Shown here in pieces: positions 17,838 through 27,569 of a stretch of 64,000 nucleotides of DNA. Location of the stretch: positions 4,665-68,664 of the forward strand of contig JBJMNN010000196.1 in NCBI GenBank assembly GCA_045804245.1, read 5' to 3'. The translations under genes and the position numbers were made by a program. How positions within the stretch are numbered: the first letter of the stretch is position 1; each line of letters opens with the position of its first letter. Source of the DNA: Gemmatimonadaceae bacterium (GTDB taxonomy: Bacteria > Gemmatimonadota > Gemmatimonadetes > Gemmatimonadales > Gemmatimonadaceae). The notes beneath the pieces are model-generated. The model saw nothing but the letters and a program-made list of their open reading frames with translations. It was not told the DNA's origin and did no database searches.

Positions 17838-18320
17838 ATGGAGGCGACTGAGCTACGAGAGCAGCTGTGCGCCGCGATCCGGCGACGATCGCTCGTGATG
17901 TTCGAGTACGGCGATCTGATCCGCGTCGTCGAGCCGCATCGGTTCGGGATCAACAGCGCAGGACACGAGATGCTGAGCGGATGGCTGCGTGCCGGTTACA
18001 GCCGGTCCGATCCCGCTGGCGGCTGGCGCAACTATCTGCTGGGCGACGTCAGCGCTCTGCAGGTGCTCGACGCGCCGTTCGCCGGTACGCGCCCGGGCTA
18101 CGCCGCGCACGACCCGCGCATGCGCGAGGTCTACTGCGAGCTCGAACTCATCGAAGCGGCCACGCAGACGGAAGGCCCGTTCATCGTGCGCGAGCCGGAG
18201 GCCGGTACCTCCGGCGCGCCGAGCGACGAGGAAACGAACACGCCGGCGCCGATCCAGCATCCGACCGAAGCGGCGCGCACGCGCGACGGCGAAGTCGATC
18301 CGCCCGCGGCCACGCCGTAA
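17838..18320 (+). CDS. Small WYL-domain-like protein with an acidic/Pro-rich tail
   Basis: Tail of track ORF 17715..18320 from ATG 17838. 'LVMFEYGDLIRVVEPHRFGINSAGHEMLSGW…GGWRNYLLGDVSALQVLD' resembles the WYL-fold pattern. Confidence 0.45.
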   Translation: MEATELREQLCAAIRRRSLVMFEYGDLIRVVEPHRFGINSAGHEMLSGWLRAGYSRSDPAGGWRNYLLGDVSALQVLDAPFAGTRPGYAAHDPRMREVYCELELIEAATQTEGPFIVREPEAGTSGAPSDEETNTPAPIQHPTEAARTRDGEVDPPAATP

Positions 18321-18326
18321 GACGCG

Positions 18327-19787
18327 CTAGGCGACCACGTTCGTGGAGCGAGGCGTCGGCGGCGGCGCGAGCGCGGCCTGCGCGGCGTCGATCTGCGCAC
18401 GCACTGCTGCGGGTCCGGTTCCCCCCTCCACCTCGCGCTGCAGCACGGACCGCTCCGCGCTGAGGGCGTCGCGCACGTCCTCGGAGAATAGAGAGTGCGC
18501 CGCGGCGAACGAGGCGAAGGGAAGCTCCTGCAGCTCGCGGCCGGTGGTCTCGCTCTCGCGCACGAGCCGCCCGACGGCGCCGTGTGCCTCGCGGAACGTC
18601 GCCCCCTTCCGAACCAGATAGTCGGCGAGATCCGTCGCCATCATCGTGCTCGAGAGGGCGCCACGCATTCGCTCGGGACGGAAGCGACACTCGCCGAGCG
18701 CGCCGGCGACCGCGGGCAAGACGAGGAGCAGGGTGTCGGTCGCATCGAACAGGACGCGCTTGTCGTCCTGCAGGTCCTTGTTGTAGCTCGACGGCAGTCC
18801 CTTGAGCGTCGCGAGCAACGTGGTGAGGTTGCCGAGCATGCGCGCCGCCGAGCCACGTGCCAGCTCGAGCGCGTCGGGATTCCGCTTCTGCGGCATCATG
18901 CTCGAGCCCGAGGTATAGCCCTCGCCGAACTGCACGAAGCCGAACTCGCTCGATCCGTAAATGATCAGATCCTCGGCCAGCCGCGACAGGTGCGTCCCGA
19001 TCATCGTGGCGGCGAACAGGACCTCGGCGATGAAGTCGCGGTCGCTGACGGCGTCGATCGAGTTCGGCGAGAGTGCATCGAAGCCGAGTGTCCCCTGGAT
19101 GAGGATGCGCGAGATCGGATATGCGCACCCGGCGACCGCACCGGAGCCCAGTGGCAGCACGGCCGCCGAGTGGTGCGCCGCACGAAGCCGCGCGCGGTCG
19201 CGCTCGAGTGGCCAGAAATGCGAGAGCAGCCAATGCGCGGCCGACACCGGGATGGCGCGCTGCAGGTGCGTGTACGACGGCATCAGCACCGTTTCGAGCG
19301 TACGCGCCTGCTCCAGCATCACGCTCTGCAGTCCGCGCAGCGAGGCGTCGAGCTGTTGGCACAGGTCGATCGTCCACAGCCGCGCGGCGGTGGACACCTG
19401 ATCGTTGCGACTGCGACCCGTGTGCAGCTTGGACGCGACGTCTCCCACCTCGTCGTGCAGCAGGCGGTCGATCAGCGTGTGCACGTCCTCGTCGGATGGA
19501 AGCGGCTGCTCACCCGCCTCGAGACGCGATGCGACGGCATCGAGACCGCGCTCGATCGTCTTGCTCTCCTCCAGCGTGAGCACGGCGGCGCCCCAGAGCG
19601 CCACGGCCCACGCCTTCGACAGACGGACGTCGTACGGCCAGAGCCGGAAGTCGACGCCGATCGAATTGTTGAGCGCGTCGAACTCCGGCGTTGGGCCCGC
19701 GCCGAACCGTCCACCCCAGAGCTTGTGCGTCCGCTTCTCGCCCTGGGGCGTGGAGGGGGCGGGGGCTCCCACGTCGATGTTCGTCAT
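18327..19787 (-). CDS. argH: Argininosuccinate lyase
   Basis: Track ORF, 486 aa. 'LWGGRF', 'TGRSRNDQV', 'GSSMMPQKRNPD' (fumarate-lyase signature). Confidence 0.93.
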   Translation of the reverse strand: MTNIDVGAPAPSTPQGEKRTHKLWGGRFGAGPTPEFDALNNSIGVDFRLWPYDVRLSKAWAVALWGAAVLTLEESKTIERGLDAVASRLEAGEQPLPSDEDVHTLIDRLLHDEVGDVASKLHTGRSRNDQVSTAARLWTIDLCQQLDASLRGLQSVMLEQARTLETVLMPSYTHLQRAIPVSAAHWLLSHFWPLERDRARLRAAHHSAAVLPLGSGAVAGCAYPISRILIQGTLGFDALSPNSIDAVSDRDFIAEVLFAATMIGTHLSRLAEDLIIYGSSEFGFVQFGEGYTSGSSMMPQKRNPDALELARGSAARMLGNLTTLLATLKGLPSSYNKDLQDDKRVLFDATDTLLLVLPAVAGALGECRFRPERMRGALSSTMMATDLADYLVRKGATFREAHGAVGRLVRESETTGRELQELPFASFAAAHSLFSEDVRDALSAERSVLQREVEGGTGPAAVRAQIDAAQAALAPPPTPRSTNVVA

Positions 19788-19808
19788 CGCGACGCTTCGG
19801 CGCGACGA

Positions 19809-21092
19809 CTAGACGCCCGCCAGCTCGCCCACCGGCGCCGGCTCGGTGTCGGGCAGGGCCGATGCGCCGTTGCCGGAGGTGTGCGCCGCTGCGAGCTCCT
19901 GATCCTTGATCGCCCGCACCCGCGCCGGAAGCGCGAACAGGCGAATGAAGCCGGCGGCGTCGCTCTGCTCGTACACGTCGTCCTCGCCGAACGTGACGAA
20001 ACGCTCGTCGTACAGCGCGTGCGCGCTCTCGCGGCCGATCACGTTCACCGAGCCCTTGTACAGCCGGAGCGTCACCGTACCGGTGAGACGCTGCTGCGTG
20101 ACGTTCACGAAGGCGTCGTAGCCCTCGCGCTCCGTCGTCCACCAGCGGCCCTCGTAGACGAGATCGGCGTAGCGCGGTGCGATGAGGTCCTTGGCCGAAA
20201 GCGTGCGGCGATCGAGCACGAGCTGCTCGAGCTCGGAGTGCGCCGCGTAGAGCAGGGTGCCGCCGGGCGTCTCGTACACGCCACGCGACTTCATCCCCAC
20301 CATGCGATCCTCGACGAGGTCGATCCGGCCGACGCCGTGCCGCCCGCCGATCGCGTTGAGTTCCGCGACGAGCGCCACCGGGCCGAGCGCCTTGCCGTTC
20401 ACCGTCACCGGCGTGCCGCGCTCGAAGCCGATCACCACGTCGTCCGGCGCATCAGGCGCCTGAGCGGGCTCGGTGGTGAGCATGAACATGTCCGGCTTCG
20501 GCGCCGAGTTCGGATCCTCGAGATTCCCGCCCTCGTGGCTGAGATGCCAGAGGTTGGCGTCGCGCGAATAGATCTTCTCCTTCGTCGCGGCGATCGGGAT
20601 GCCGCGCGAGGCGGCATAGTCGATGGCGTCCTCGCGGCTGCGAATGTTCCATTCGCGCCATGGCGCGATGACGGGGAGATCGGGGGCGAGGGTGGCGAAG
20701 GTCATCTCGAACCGCACCTGATCGTTCCCCTTGCCGGTGCAACCGTGCGCCAGCGCATCCGCGCCGACACGGCGCGCGATCTCGACCTGCCGCTTCGCGA
20801 TGAGCGGCCGGGCCATCGCCGTGCCGAGCAGATACTTCCGGTTGTAGACCGCGCCGGCGCGCAGCGTCGGGAAGATGAAATCGCGGACGAACTCCTCGCG
20901 GAGGTCCTCGATGAAGCACTCTTCGGCGCCCGAGGCGATCGCCTTCTCGCGGACGCCCCGCAATTCCTCACGATCCTGTCCGATGTCCGCCGCGACGCAG
21001 ATGACGCGCGCGTCGTAGTTCTCGCGAAGCCAGGGGACAATGATCGACGTGTCGAGACCACCGGAGTAGGCGAGAACGATGGTGCGCGGCAT
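19809..21092 (-). CDS. argG: Argininosuccinate synthase
   Basis: Track ORF 19809..21152 trimmed to the ATG at 21090-21092 ([16 protein letters not shown]…), which has AGGAG 7 nt upstream. Confidence 0.93.
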   Translation of the reverse strand: MPRTIVLAYSGGLDTSIIVPWLRENYDARVICVAADIGQDREELRGVREKAIASGAEECFIEDLREEFVRDFIFPTLRAGAVYNRKYLLGTAMARPLIAKRQVEIARRVGADALAHGCTGKGNDQVRFEMTFATLAPDLPVIAPWREWNIRSREDAIDYAASRGIPIAATKEKIYSRDANLWHLSHEGGNLEDPNSAPKPDMFMLTTEPAQAPDAPDDVVIGFERGTPVTVNGKALGPVALVAELNAIGGRHGVGRIDLVEDRMVGMKSRGVYETPGGTLLYAAHSELEQLVLDRRTLSAKDLIAPRYADLVYEGRWWTTEREGYDAFVNVTQQRLTGTVTLRLYKGSVNVIGRESAHALYDERFVTFGEDDVYEQSDAAGFIRLFALPARVRAIKDQELAAAHTSGNGASALPDTEPAPVGELAGV

Positions 21093-21112
21093 GGCTGCTC
21101 CTGAGAAAGAAT

Positions 21113-21131
21113 TTATGCAGTCTGGCTGCAT
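21113..21131. promoter_or_regulatory. Palindrome TATGCAG-N5-CTGCATA in an AT-rich patch upstream of argG (candidate ArgR operator)
   Basis: Perfect 7-bp arms, read directly from the sequence. Located between the argR stop and the argG start. Confidence 0.35.
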
Positions 21132-21202
21132 ATTTACACAGGAACAGAACACCCGTCAAGTCTCGAAGTTCCCCCGACCCCCTCGAGGGCGAGCCGCCGC
21201 GT

Positions 21203-21664
21203 TCAGCCCTCTCCAGCGAGCGCTCTCAGCCGCTCCGTGAGTAACATGCGCGCTCCCGCCGACCTGGTGACGATGAGGATCGTGTCGTCGCCCGCGATGG
21301 TGCCGAGCACTTCCGGAAACTCTTCGAGGTCAATGGCCTCGGCGATGGGCTGCGCCCCGCTGGCGACCGTGTGGAGCACGACCAGCTCACCGACGCCGTC
21401 GACCCGCGAGAAAAGCTGCGGTAAGAGACTGGCCAGCAATGGCTTATCATTGTCGGCCACGAGCGCTTCGGGGAGGACGTAGCGGGCGCCGCCCGCTTCC
21501 GACACCCGCGCCAGGTGTAGGTCGCGCAAGTCGCGCGACAGTGTCGCCTGAGTGACGTCCATCCCTCGCGCAAGCAGCAGTCGGCGAAGATCCTCCTGAC
21601 TGCCGACAACGTGCTCGGCCACAAGGTCGAGGATCGCGGCTTGGCGTGCCTGTTTGTTCGTCAT
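21203..21664 (-). CDS. argR: Arginine repressor
   Basis: Track ORF 21203..21736 trimmed to ATG 21664. 'QEDLRRLLLARGMDVTQATLSRDLRDL' is the winged helix, with the C-terminal 'TIAGDDTILIV' oligomerisation/arginine-binding motif. Confidence 0.88.
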   Translation of the reverse strand: MTNKQARQAAILDLVAEHVVGSQEDLRRLLLARGMDVTQATLSRDLRDLHLARVSEAGGARYVLPEALVADNDKPLLASLLPQLFSRVDGVGELVVLHTVASGAQPIAEAIDLEEFPEVLGTIAGDDTILIVTRSAGARMLLTERLRALAGEG

Positions 21665-21732
21665 CGCTTTCCTCTCGAGTCGCCCCATTCTATCATCTCT
21701 GGCTTCGCCGGGGAAGACCGTTGACCCCGATT

Positions 21733-21756
21733 CCATGCATGATTATACATGATACC
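21733..21756. promoter_or_regulatory. AT-rich element CCATGCATGATTATACATGATACC at the argC start / argR-argC divergent region (candidate ARG box)
   Basis: Read directly from the sequence. It shares the ATGCA/TGCAT core with the argG-proximal palindrome. Confidence 0.3.
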
Positions 21757-22740
21757 GTGAATAAGATCCCTGTCGGTGTCCTCGGCGCCAGCGGCTACGC
21801 GGGGCGCGAGCTCTGTGGTCTTGTGGCTCAGCATCCCGGGCTCGAGCTGGCCTTCGCGACCGCGAACGAACAGCGCGGGCAGACTGTGCGCATCAGTGGA
21901 CGGCCGCTCACGTTCCAGGGCCCGGACGACGTGGCGCTCGAACGCGCGGCGATCGTGTTCTGTGCGCTGCCGCACGGCGCGTCGCTGCCGTGGGTGAACC
22001 GCGCACGGGAGGCGGGTGCCCGCGTGGTGGACCTGTCGAGCGATCTGCGTCCCGGCCACGCCAACGGGACGGCCGTCTATGGAATGCCCGAGCTGCGAGC
22101 CGGGCACTCCGGCGCGCTCCTGCGCGAGGAGATCCGCACGGCGGACGTCGTCGCGAACCCCGGATGCTACCCGACGTCCATCCTGCTCGCGCTCGCTCCG
22201 CTCGTGCGCGCCGGCGTCGTCGCCCCGGGGGCGACGGTGATCGCCAACTCCGCGAGCGGCGTGACCGGCGCGGGGAACACCCCCAAGCGCGAGTATCTCT
22301 TCGCCGAAGTCTCGGACGACTACCGCGCCTATGGCGTCGGCAACACGCATCGCCATCTCAAGGAGATGACGGCGACGCTCGGCACCCTCGGCGCCGACGC
22401 GGACCTCGTGTTCACGCCGCATCTTCTGCCGGTCGCGCGCGGCATCCTGTCGACGATCACGATCCCGCTCACCGCGACGCTGGCCGACCCGCTGGCGATC
22501 TACCGCGATGCGTATGCCGGCGAGCCGTTCATCGAGATCGCCGAGCAGCAGCCGACGCTGCACGACGTCGTGCAGCGCAACGTCGTGCGCATCGCCGCGA
22601 CGATGATCGAGGGCACGCGCACACCGACGCTGCTCGTCACGTCGGCGATCGACAACCTCGTGAAGGGTGCGGCCGGCCAGGCACTGCAGAACGCGAACCT
22701 GATGCTCGGGCTCGACGAGACGCTCGGGCTGCCGGCATGA
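21739..22740 (+). CDS. argC: N-acetyl-gamma-glutamyl-phosphate reductase
   Basis: Tail of track ORF 21646..22740. 'VGVLGASGYAGRELCGLV', with active-site Cys context 'NPGCYPTS'. Alternative GTG start at 21757 (MNKIPVGVLGASGYAG) is equally plausible. Confidence 0.88.
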   Translation: MIIHDTVNKIPVGVLGASGYAGRELCGLVAQHPGLELAFATANEQRGQTVRISGRPLTFQGPDDVALERAAIVFCALPHGASLPWVNRAREAGARVVDLSSDLRPGHANGTAVYGMPELRAGHSGALLREEIRTADVVANPGCYPTSILLALAPLVRAGVVAPGATVIANSASGVTGAGNTPKREYLFAEVSDDYRAYGVGNTHRHLKEMTATLGTLGADADLVFTPHLLPVARGILSTITIPLTATLADPLAIYRDAYAGEPFIEIAEQQPTLHDVVQRNVVRIAATMIEGTRTPTLLVTSAIDNLVKGAAGQALQNANLMLGLDETLGLPA

Positions 22741-23504
22741 CACGCGTCATCAAGATCGGCGGACGTCCGCAGATCGATCCCGCACTGCCCGCGGCGGTGG
22801 CGGCCGCGCAGCGCGCCGCGCCCGGTTCGCTGCTCGTCGTGCACGGCGGGGGCGACGAGGTCAGCACGCTGCAGCGGCTCTACGGCGTCGAAGCGCGGTT
22901 CGCCGGCGGACGGCGCGTCACGACCGCACTCGACCTCGATATCATCCGCATGGCGCTCTCCGGCTCGGCGAACAAGCGTCTCGTCTCTGCCCTCGTCGAT
23001 GTGGGAGTGTCGGCCATCGGGCTCTCGGGAGAGGATGGCGCGCTGCTCACGGCCGACCCGCTCGATCCAGCGCAGTACGGTCACGTGGGCACACCCGCCG
23101 CGGTGAACACCGTGCTGCTGCGCCAACTTCTCGGCGCGGGCTACCTGCCGGTGCTCTCGCCCGTGAGTCGTTCGACCGACCCGGCGATGGGCGCCACGCT
23201 CAATGTGAACGGCGATGACGCGGCGGCGGCAATCGCCGCCGCGCTGGGTGCGGATGAGCTGCTGCTCGTGTCCGACGTGGTGGGCGTGCTGCTCGGTGAG
23301 CGGGCGGTGCCCAGCCTCGGACCCGAGGAAGCGCAACGACTGATCGACGACGGGACGGCGCGCGGCGGAATGGCTGCCAAGCTGCAGGCGGCACTCTCGG
23401 CACTGGACGGCGGCGTGCAACGCGTACGAATCTCTGACATCGCCGCGATCACGGATCCGCATCGCGGCACGATACTCACTCGAGTGGGGAGCATGGCCGT
23501 ATGA
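22737..23504 (+). CDS. argB: Acetylglutamate kinase
   Basis: ATG 22737 overlaps the argC stop (ATGA). 'VIKIGG', 'LLVVHGGG', 'NVNGDDAAAAIAAAL'. Confidence 0.88.
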   Translation: MTRVIKIGGRPQIDPALPAAVAAAQRAAPGSLLVVHGGGDEVSTLQRLYGVEARFAGGRRVTTALDLDIIRMALSGSANKRLVSALVDVGVSAIGLSGEDGALLTADPLDPAQYGHVGTPAAVNTVLLRQLLGAGYLPVLSPVSRSTDPAMGATLNVNGDDAAAAIAAALGADELLLVSDVVGVLLGERAVPSLGPEEAQRLIDDGTARGGMAAKLQAALSALDGGVQRVRISDIAAITDPHRGTILTRVGSMAV

Positions 23505-24733
23505 CCGCACCGACCATGAAGGCGACGACCGAGACTTCCGCCCAACCCAGCGCGCTGGCCGCTTCCTCGACGCCGGCGTCGCTCGAGAGCGCCATCCTCG
23601 GCACCTACAAGCGCGCGCCGATCGAGCTGGTGCGCGGCAGTGGCGTCTATCTGTACGACGCCGAGGGGAAGTCGTATCTCGACTTCGGCAGCGGCATCGC
23701 CGTGAACTCGCTCGGCTACGACGATCCGGGGCTCAAGGCCGCGCTGCACGCCGCCGCGGAAGGACTGATCCATACGTCGAACCTGTATCACACGGCGCCG
23801 GGCGAGCGGCTGGCCGCGGAGCTGGTCGCACGGTCGTTCGCGTCCAAGGCGTTCTTCTGCAACTCGGGCGCGGAGGCGAACGAAGGTGCGTTCAAGTTCG
23901 CGCGCCGCTGGGCGCGCACGCTCGGCGAGGCGAAGCACGAGATCATCGCGCTGCGCGGCTCGTTCCACGGGCGGCTTTTCGGCACGCTCGCGGCGACCGA
24001 CCGCCCCGGCTACCGGCTTCCCTTCCGCCCGCTCGCCCCCGGGATCTCGATCTTCGAGCGCGATCTGAAGGAGCTCGACGCTGCGCTCAACGAGGACACG
24101 GTCGCTGCGCTGATCGTCGAGCCGATTCAAGGCGAGGGCGGCGTGCGCGTCATCGACCAGGGTTTCCTGCGCGAACTGCGCGCCCTGACGAAGGCGCGCA
24201 ACGTCGCGCTCATCTTCGACGAGATTCAGTGCGGCCTCGGACGCACCGGAACGCTGTTCGCCTACGAGCAGGTGGGCGTCGAGCCCGATATGGTCACGCT
24301 GGCGAAGCCACTCGCTGGCGGCCTGCCGATGGGCGCCGTGCTGATGACGGAGCCGATCGCGGCGGCGATGCAGTACGGCGATCACGGCACGACGTTCGGT
24401 GGTGGACCATTCGTGGCGTCGGTCGCGCTGCACGTTCTCGAGCGGCTCTCCGATCCGACGCTGCTCACGCACGTGCGCGAGACGGGCGCGTGGTTCGGCC
24501 GGGAGCTGAACGAGATCGCACATCGCACGAGCCGCATCCGGCAGGTCCGCGGAGCAGGGTTCATCTGGGGTATCGACGTGATGGGCACGGCGGCGCACGT
24601 CGTGAGCGAAGCGATGGCCCACGGACTGCTCGTGCTCACGGCGGGAGAGTACACCGTGCGCATTCTTCCCCCGCTCGTGGCGACGAAGGAGGAGCTCGCG
24701 CGCGGGCTGCACATCCTCGAAGAGGTCCTCTGA
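23501..24733 (+). CDS. argD: Acetylornithine aminotransferase
   Basis: Track ORF, 410 aa. 'FCNSGAEANEGAFK', 'DEIQCGLGRTG', PLP-lysine context 'TLAKPLAGG'. Overlaps the argB stop. Confidence 0.9.
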   Translation: MTAPTMKATTETSAQPSALAASSTPASLESAILGTYKRAPIELVRGSGVYLYDAEGKSYLDFGSGIAVNSLGYDDPGLKAALHAAAEGLIHTSNLYHTAPGERLAAELVARSFASKAFFCNSGAEANEGAFKFARRWARTLGEAKHEIIALRGSFHGRLFGTLAATDRPGYRLPFRPLAPGISIFERDLKELDAALNEDTVAALIVEPIQGEGGVRVIDQGFLRELRALTKARNVALIFDEIQCGLGRTGTLFAYEQVGVEPDMVTLAKPLAGGLPMGAVLMTEPIAAAMQYGDHGTTFGGGPFVASVALHVLERLSDPTLLTHVRETGAWFGRELNEIAHRTSRIRQVRGAGFIWGIDVMGTAAHVVSEAMAHGLLVLTAGEYTVRILPPLVATKEELARGLHILEEVL

Positions 24734-25227
24734 TGGCCCCTGACGTGTTCGTGCGTCGAGCACGTCCACAGGACGCAGTGGCGATCTCGAGACTGAACAA
24801 CTCGTTCGCCAATGAAGGGCTCATGTTGCTCCGCACGCCGGAGACGATCTCCCTCGCCATCGACGACTACATCGTCGTGCAGGGCCCGAGCAGCGAGATC
24901 CTGGCGTGCGGGGCGCTCAAGGAATACTCGCCGAGCGTGGCGGAGATCGCCGCGATCGCCGTCTCGCGGGACGCGCGCGGCCAGGGGCTGGGCCGCGCGA
25001 TCGTGCACGCGGTCGAGGATCTGGCACGCATGCGTGACATCTACGACGTGTTCGCCCTGACGCTGCAACCGGAGTTCTTCGCGGCGATCGGCTACCAGCG
25101 TGTCGACCGCGCACGGTATCCCGAGAAGATCCGCCGCGACTGCCTGGGCTGCATGCGTCGCTTCGCGTGCAACGAGATCTGCTTCGCGAAGAATCTCATG
25201 CTCGAAGAGGTCGGCCGCGCGGCCTAG
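24733..25227 (+). CDS. GNAT acetyltransferase, short N-acetylglutamate synthase-like
   Basis: ATG 24733 overlaps the argD stop (TGATG). 'IAAIAVSRDARGQGLGRAIV' is GNAT motif A. It sits as the last gene of the argCBD string. Confidence 0.7.
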   Translation: MAPDVFVRRARPQDAVAISRLNNSFANEGLMLLRTPETISLAIDDYIVVQGPSSEILACGALKEYSPSVAEIAAIAVSRDARGQGLGRAIVHAVEDLARMRDIYDVFALTLQPEFFAAIGYQRVDRARYPEKIRRDCLGCMRRFACNEICFAKNLMLEEVGRAA

Positions 25228-25312
25228 CGATCGAGCGATGTAGATTGCGCGAGACGCGCTGGTGCACCCCGAACAGGTTCGGGCCTCGCCATCGCCGGAC
25301 CGTCCGTCATCG

Positions 25313-26926
25313 ATGCCGATCTCTCGCTCCTGGCTCCTCGCCACGACGCTCGTGCTGCTGGGCATTCCGCAGCAGACCGCGACCGCGCAGACCGCTTCAC
25401 GATCACCAGCGGCACGCCCCCGCCTCGTGGTGTTCTTCACGGTCGATCAGATGCGGTCCGATTACCTCGACCGCTGGGCGCGGCAGCTGACCGGCGGACT
25501 GGGCCGACTCTCGCAGCGGGGCGCGTTCTTTCCGAACGCCTACCAGGATCACGCCATCACCGAGACCGCGCCGGGACACGCGAGCACGATGTCCGGACGG
25601 TTCCCGCGCTCGACGGGGATCCTGCGCAACACCGCAGGGGTGGAGGATTCACAGGCACCGCTCCTCACCTCGCGCGACCCCGGTGCGTCGCCCTATCGGT
25701 TCCGCGGCTCGACGCTCATCGACTGGCTGCGGAGTCGCGATCCGCGCTCGCGCGCGCTGTCGATCTCGCGCAAGGATCGTGGCGCCATCCTCCCGCTGGG
25801 TCGCGCGAAGCAGAATGTGTTCTGGTACGCGACGTCGGCCGGCGAGTTCACGACGAGCCGCTACTATGCCGACACGTTGCCGACGTGGGTCCGGCGCGTG
25901 AACGCGCGTCACGTTCCGCAGTCGCTCGCGGGCCAGTCGTGGACGCTGCTCCTGCCCGCGCGTGAGTATCCCGAGCCGGACAGCGTGCCACAGGAGAACG
26001 CCGGTCGCGACTTCCTGTTTCCGCACGTGCTCTCGAGCGAGCCCGCGCGTGCCGCCTCCGAGCTGCCGTCGACGCCGTGGATGGATCGGCTCACGCTGGA
26101 CGCGGCGCTCGAAGGGCTGCAGGCGCTCGACCTTGGCCGGGGTCCACAGACGGACCTGCTGGCGATCTCCTTGTCGGCTACGGACTACGTGGGTCACCGC
26201 TACGGGCCCGACTCGCGCGAGCAGCACGACAACGTGCTGCGTCTGGATCGCGCCCTCGGCACGTTCATCGACTCGTTGTTCCGGATCCGGGATTCGAGCA
26301 CGATCGTCTTCGCCCTGACGGCTGATCACGGGGTCACGTCGTTTCCGGAGCTCGTCGCGCAACGCACCGGCCGCACGCCTCCGCCGCGCTACGACGTCAC
26401 CACGTCGCTGCGGACGTTGCGCGACATGCTGCAGAGCGCCAGGGTGGAGACCGACGCCGTGGACTTCGACGGCACGCTCGTGATCGTCGATCGCACCGCG
26501 TTCGCCCGCGCGCGCGTCGATCCAGGCCCCCTCTTGGCCCGGTTCGCCGCGACACTGCGCCAGCGGCCAGGCATCGCGCGCGTGGATCGTGTGCGCGACC
26601 TGGCGCAGCGGGATACGGTGCGTGACGCCGTGAGTCGCCGCTGGCTGCACATGCTGCCGCCCGACGCGGGGGTCGAATACGTGGTGACTCCGGTGCAGGG
26701 CGCCTATCCCGCGGGCGCGCAGATCGCCGAGCACGGGTCGCCCTACGACGACGACGCCCGCGTGCCGCTCATCTTCTACGGCGCGGGAATCCGGCCGGGT
26801 CGCACCGTCGAGCGGGCGCTGGTCGTGGATGCCGCGCCCACGCTCGCGCATGTGATCGGCATCACGCCATTCGAGCGGCTCGACGGGCGAGTGCTCGTGC
26901 GCGCGCTCGCCGATGGAACGCGTTGA
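25313..26926 (+). CDS. Alkaline phosphatase-superfamily / nucleotide pyrophosphatase-phosphodiesterase family protein (secreted)
   Basis: Track ORF 25262..26926 trimmed to the signal-peptide start MPISRSWLLATTLVLL. 'VVFFTVDQMRSDYL', 'TETAPGHASTMSG', 'TADHG'. Confidence 0.8.
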   Translation: MPISRSWLLATTLVLLGIPQQTATAQTASRSPAARPRLVVFFTVDQMRSDYLDRWARQLTGGLGRLSQRGAFFPNAYQDHAITETAPGHASTMSGRFPRSTGILRNTAGVEDSQAPLLTSRDPGASPYRFRGSTLIDWLRSRDPRSRALSISRKDRGAILPLGRAKQNVFWYATSAGEFTTSRYYADTLPTWVRRVNARHVPQSLAGQSWTLLLPAREYPEPDSVPQENAGRDFLFPHVLSSEPARAASELPSTPWMDRLTLDAALEGLQALDLGRGPQTDLLAISLSATDYVGHRYGPDSREQHDNVLRLDRALGTFIDSLFRIRDSSTIVFALTADHGVTSFPELVAQRTGRTPPPRYDVTTSLRTLRDMLQSARVETDAVDFDGTLVIVDRTAFARARVDPGPLLARFAATLRQRPGIARVDRVRDLAQRDTVRDAVSRRWLHMLPPDAGVEYVVTPVQGAYPAGAQIAEHGSPYDDDARVPLIFYGAGIRPGRTVERALVVDAAPTLAHVIGITPFERLDGRVLVRALADGTR

Positions 26927-26931
26927 CGCAA

Positions 26932-27549
26932 ATGGCCGAGTCGCGGAAGGTGCGCGGACTCGCGGGCTTGCAGCAGGCCTTCGACGAGGTGCGATTCGGC
27001 GCGCTGCGAACGCTGAACCTGCGCGAGTCGCTACCGACCGGAGCGGAGGCGGCCCGACGCGTGGACGCGTGGCTTCGCCAGCACCAGGTGCAGCAGTCGG
27101 GAGAGCTTCTCGTGATCACGGGACGCGGCAACAACAGCGAGTCGGGGATCGCCGTGGTGCGCGAAGCGGCCCTTCGCGTGTTCCACGATCTCCGACGGAA
27201 GGGCGTCGTCGAGGAGTTCTCTGAGCACACACCCGGCTCGTTCGTCGTGACGCTCGCGCCGATGCAGGCAATGCTCGACGCGCGGCACCGGCGGGAGCCG
27301 CCCTCCATACCGGCCGTCCCGGCCGCCGCGCCACCGACACTCTCCGCGTTGAACGATTCCACGCGCGAGCAGCTTCGCATCCTCGCCGAGCGGTCGCTCG
27401 ATGTGCTGGGCGTGCGCGAGCGAGGGCCTTTCGTCGAGAACGAGATGCTCCGCCTGTTCGGCGAGCTCGCCGCCGGCGCGGGACATGGCCCCGACCGTGA
27501 AGCGCGGCTGCGCGCCGCGATCGAGCGCATGCTCGCCGAGGTGGACTAG
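26932..27549 (+). CDS. Smr-domain protein
   Basis: Track ORF 26923..27549 (TTG start) trimmed to ATG 26932. 'LLVITGRGNNSESGIAVVREAALRVFHDL'. Confidence 0.65.
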   Translation: MAESRKVRGLAGLQQAFDEVRFGALRTLNLRESLPTGAEAARRVDAWLRQHQVQQSGELLVITGRGNNSESGIAVVREAALRVFHDLRRKGVVEEFSEHTPGSFVVTLAPMQAMLDARHRREPPSIPAVPAAAPPTLSALNDSTREQLRILAERSLDVLGVRERGPFVENEMLRLFGELAAGAGHGPDREARLRAAIERMLAEVD

Positions 27550-27569
27550 TGCACGTCGTCACGCGCACG

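Noticed and set aside
18495-21104. 869-aa plus-strand ORF
   Set aside because: It lies exactly antisense to argH and argG. The translation is Arg/Gly/His/Ala-rich with no recognisable motif. This is the typical open antisense frame of a GC-rich genome.
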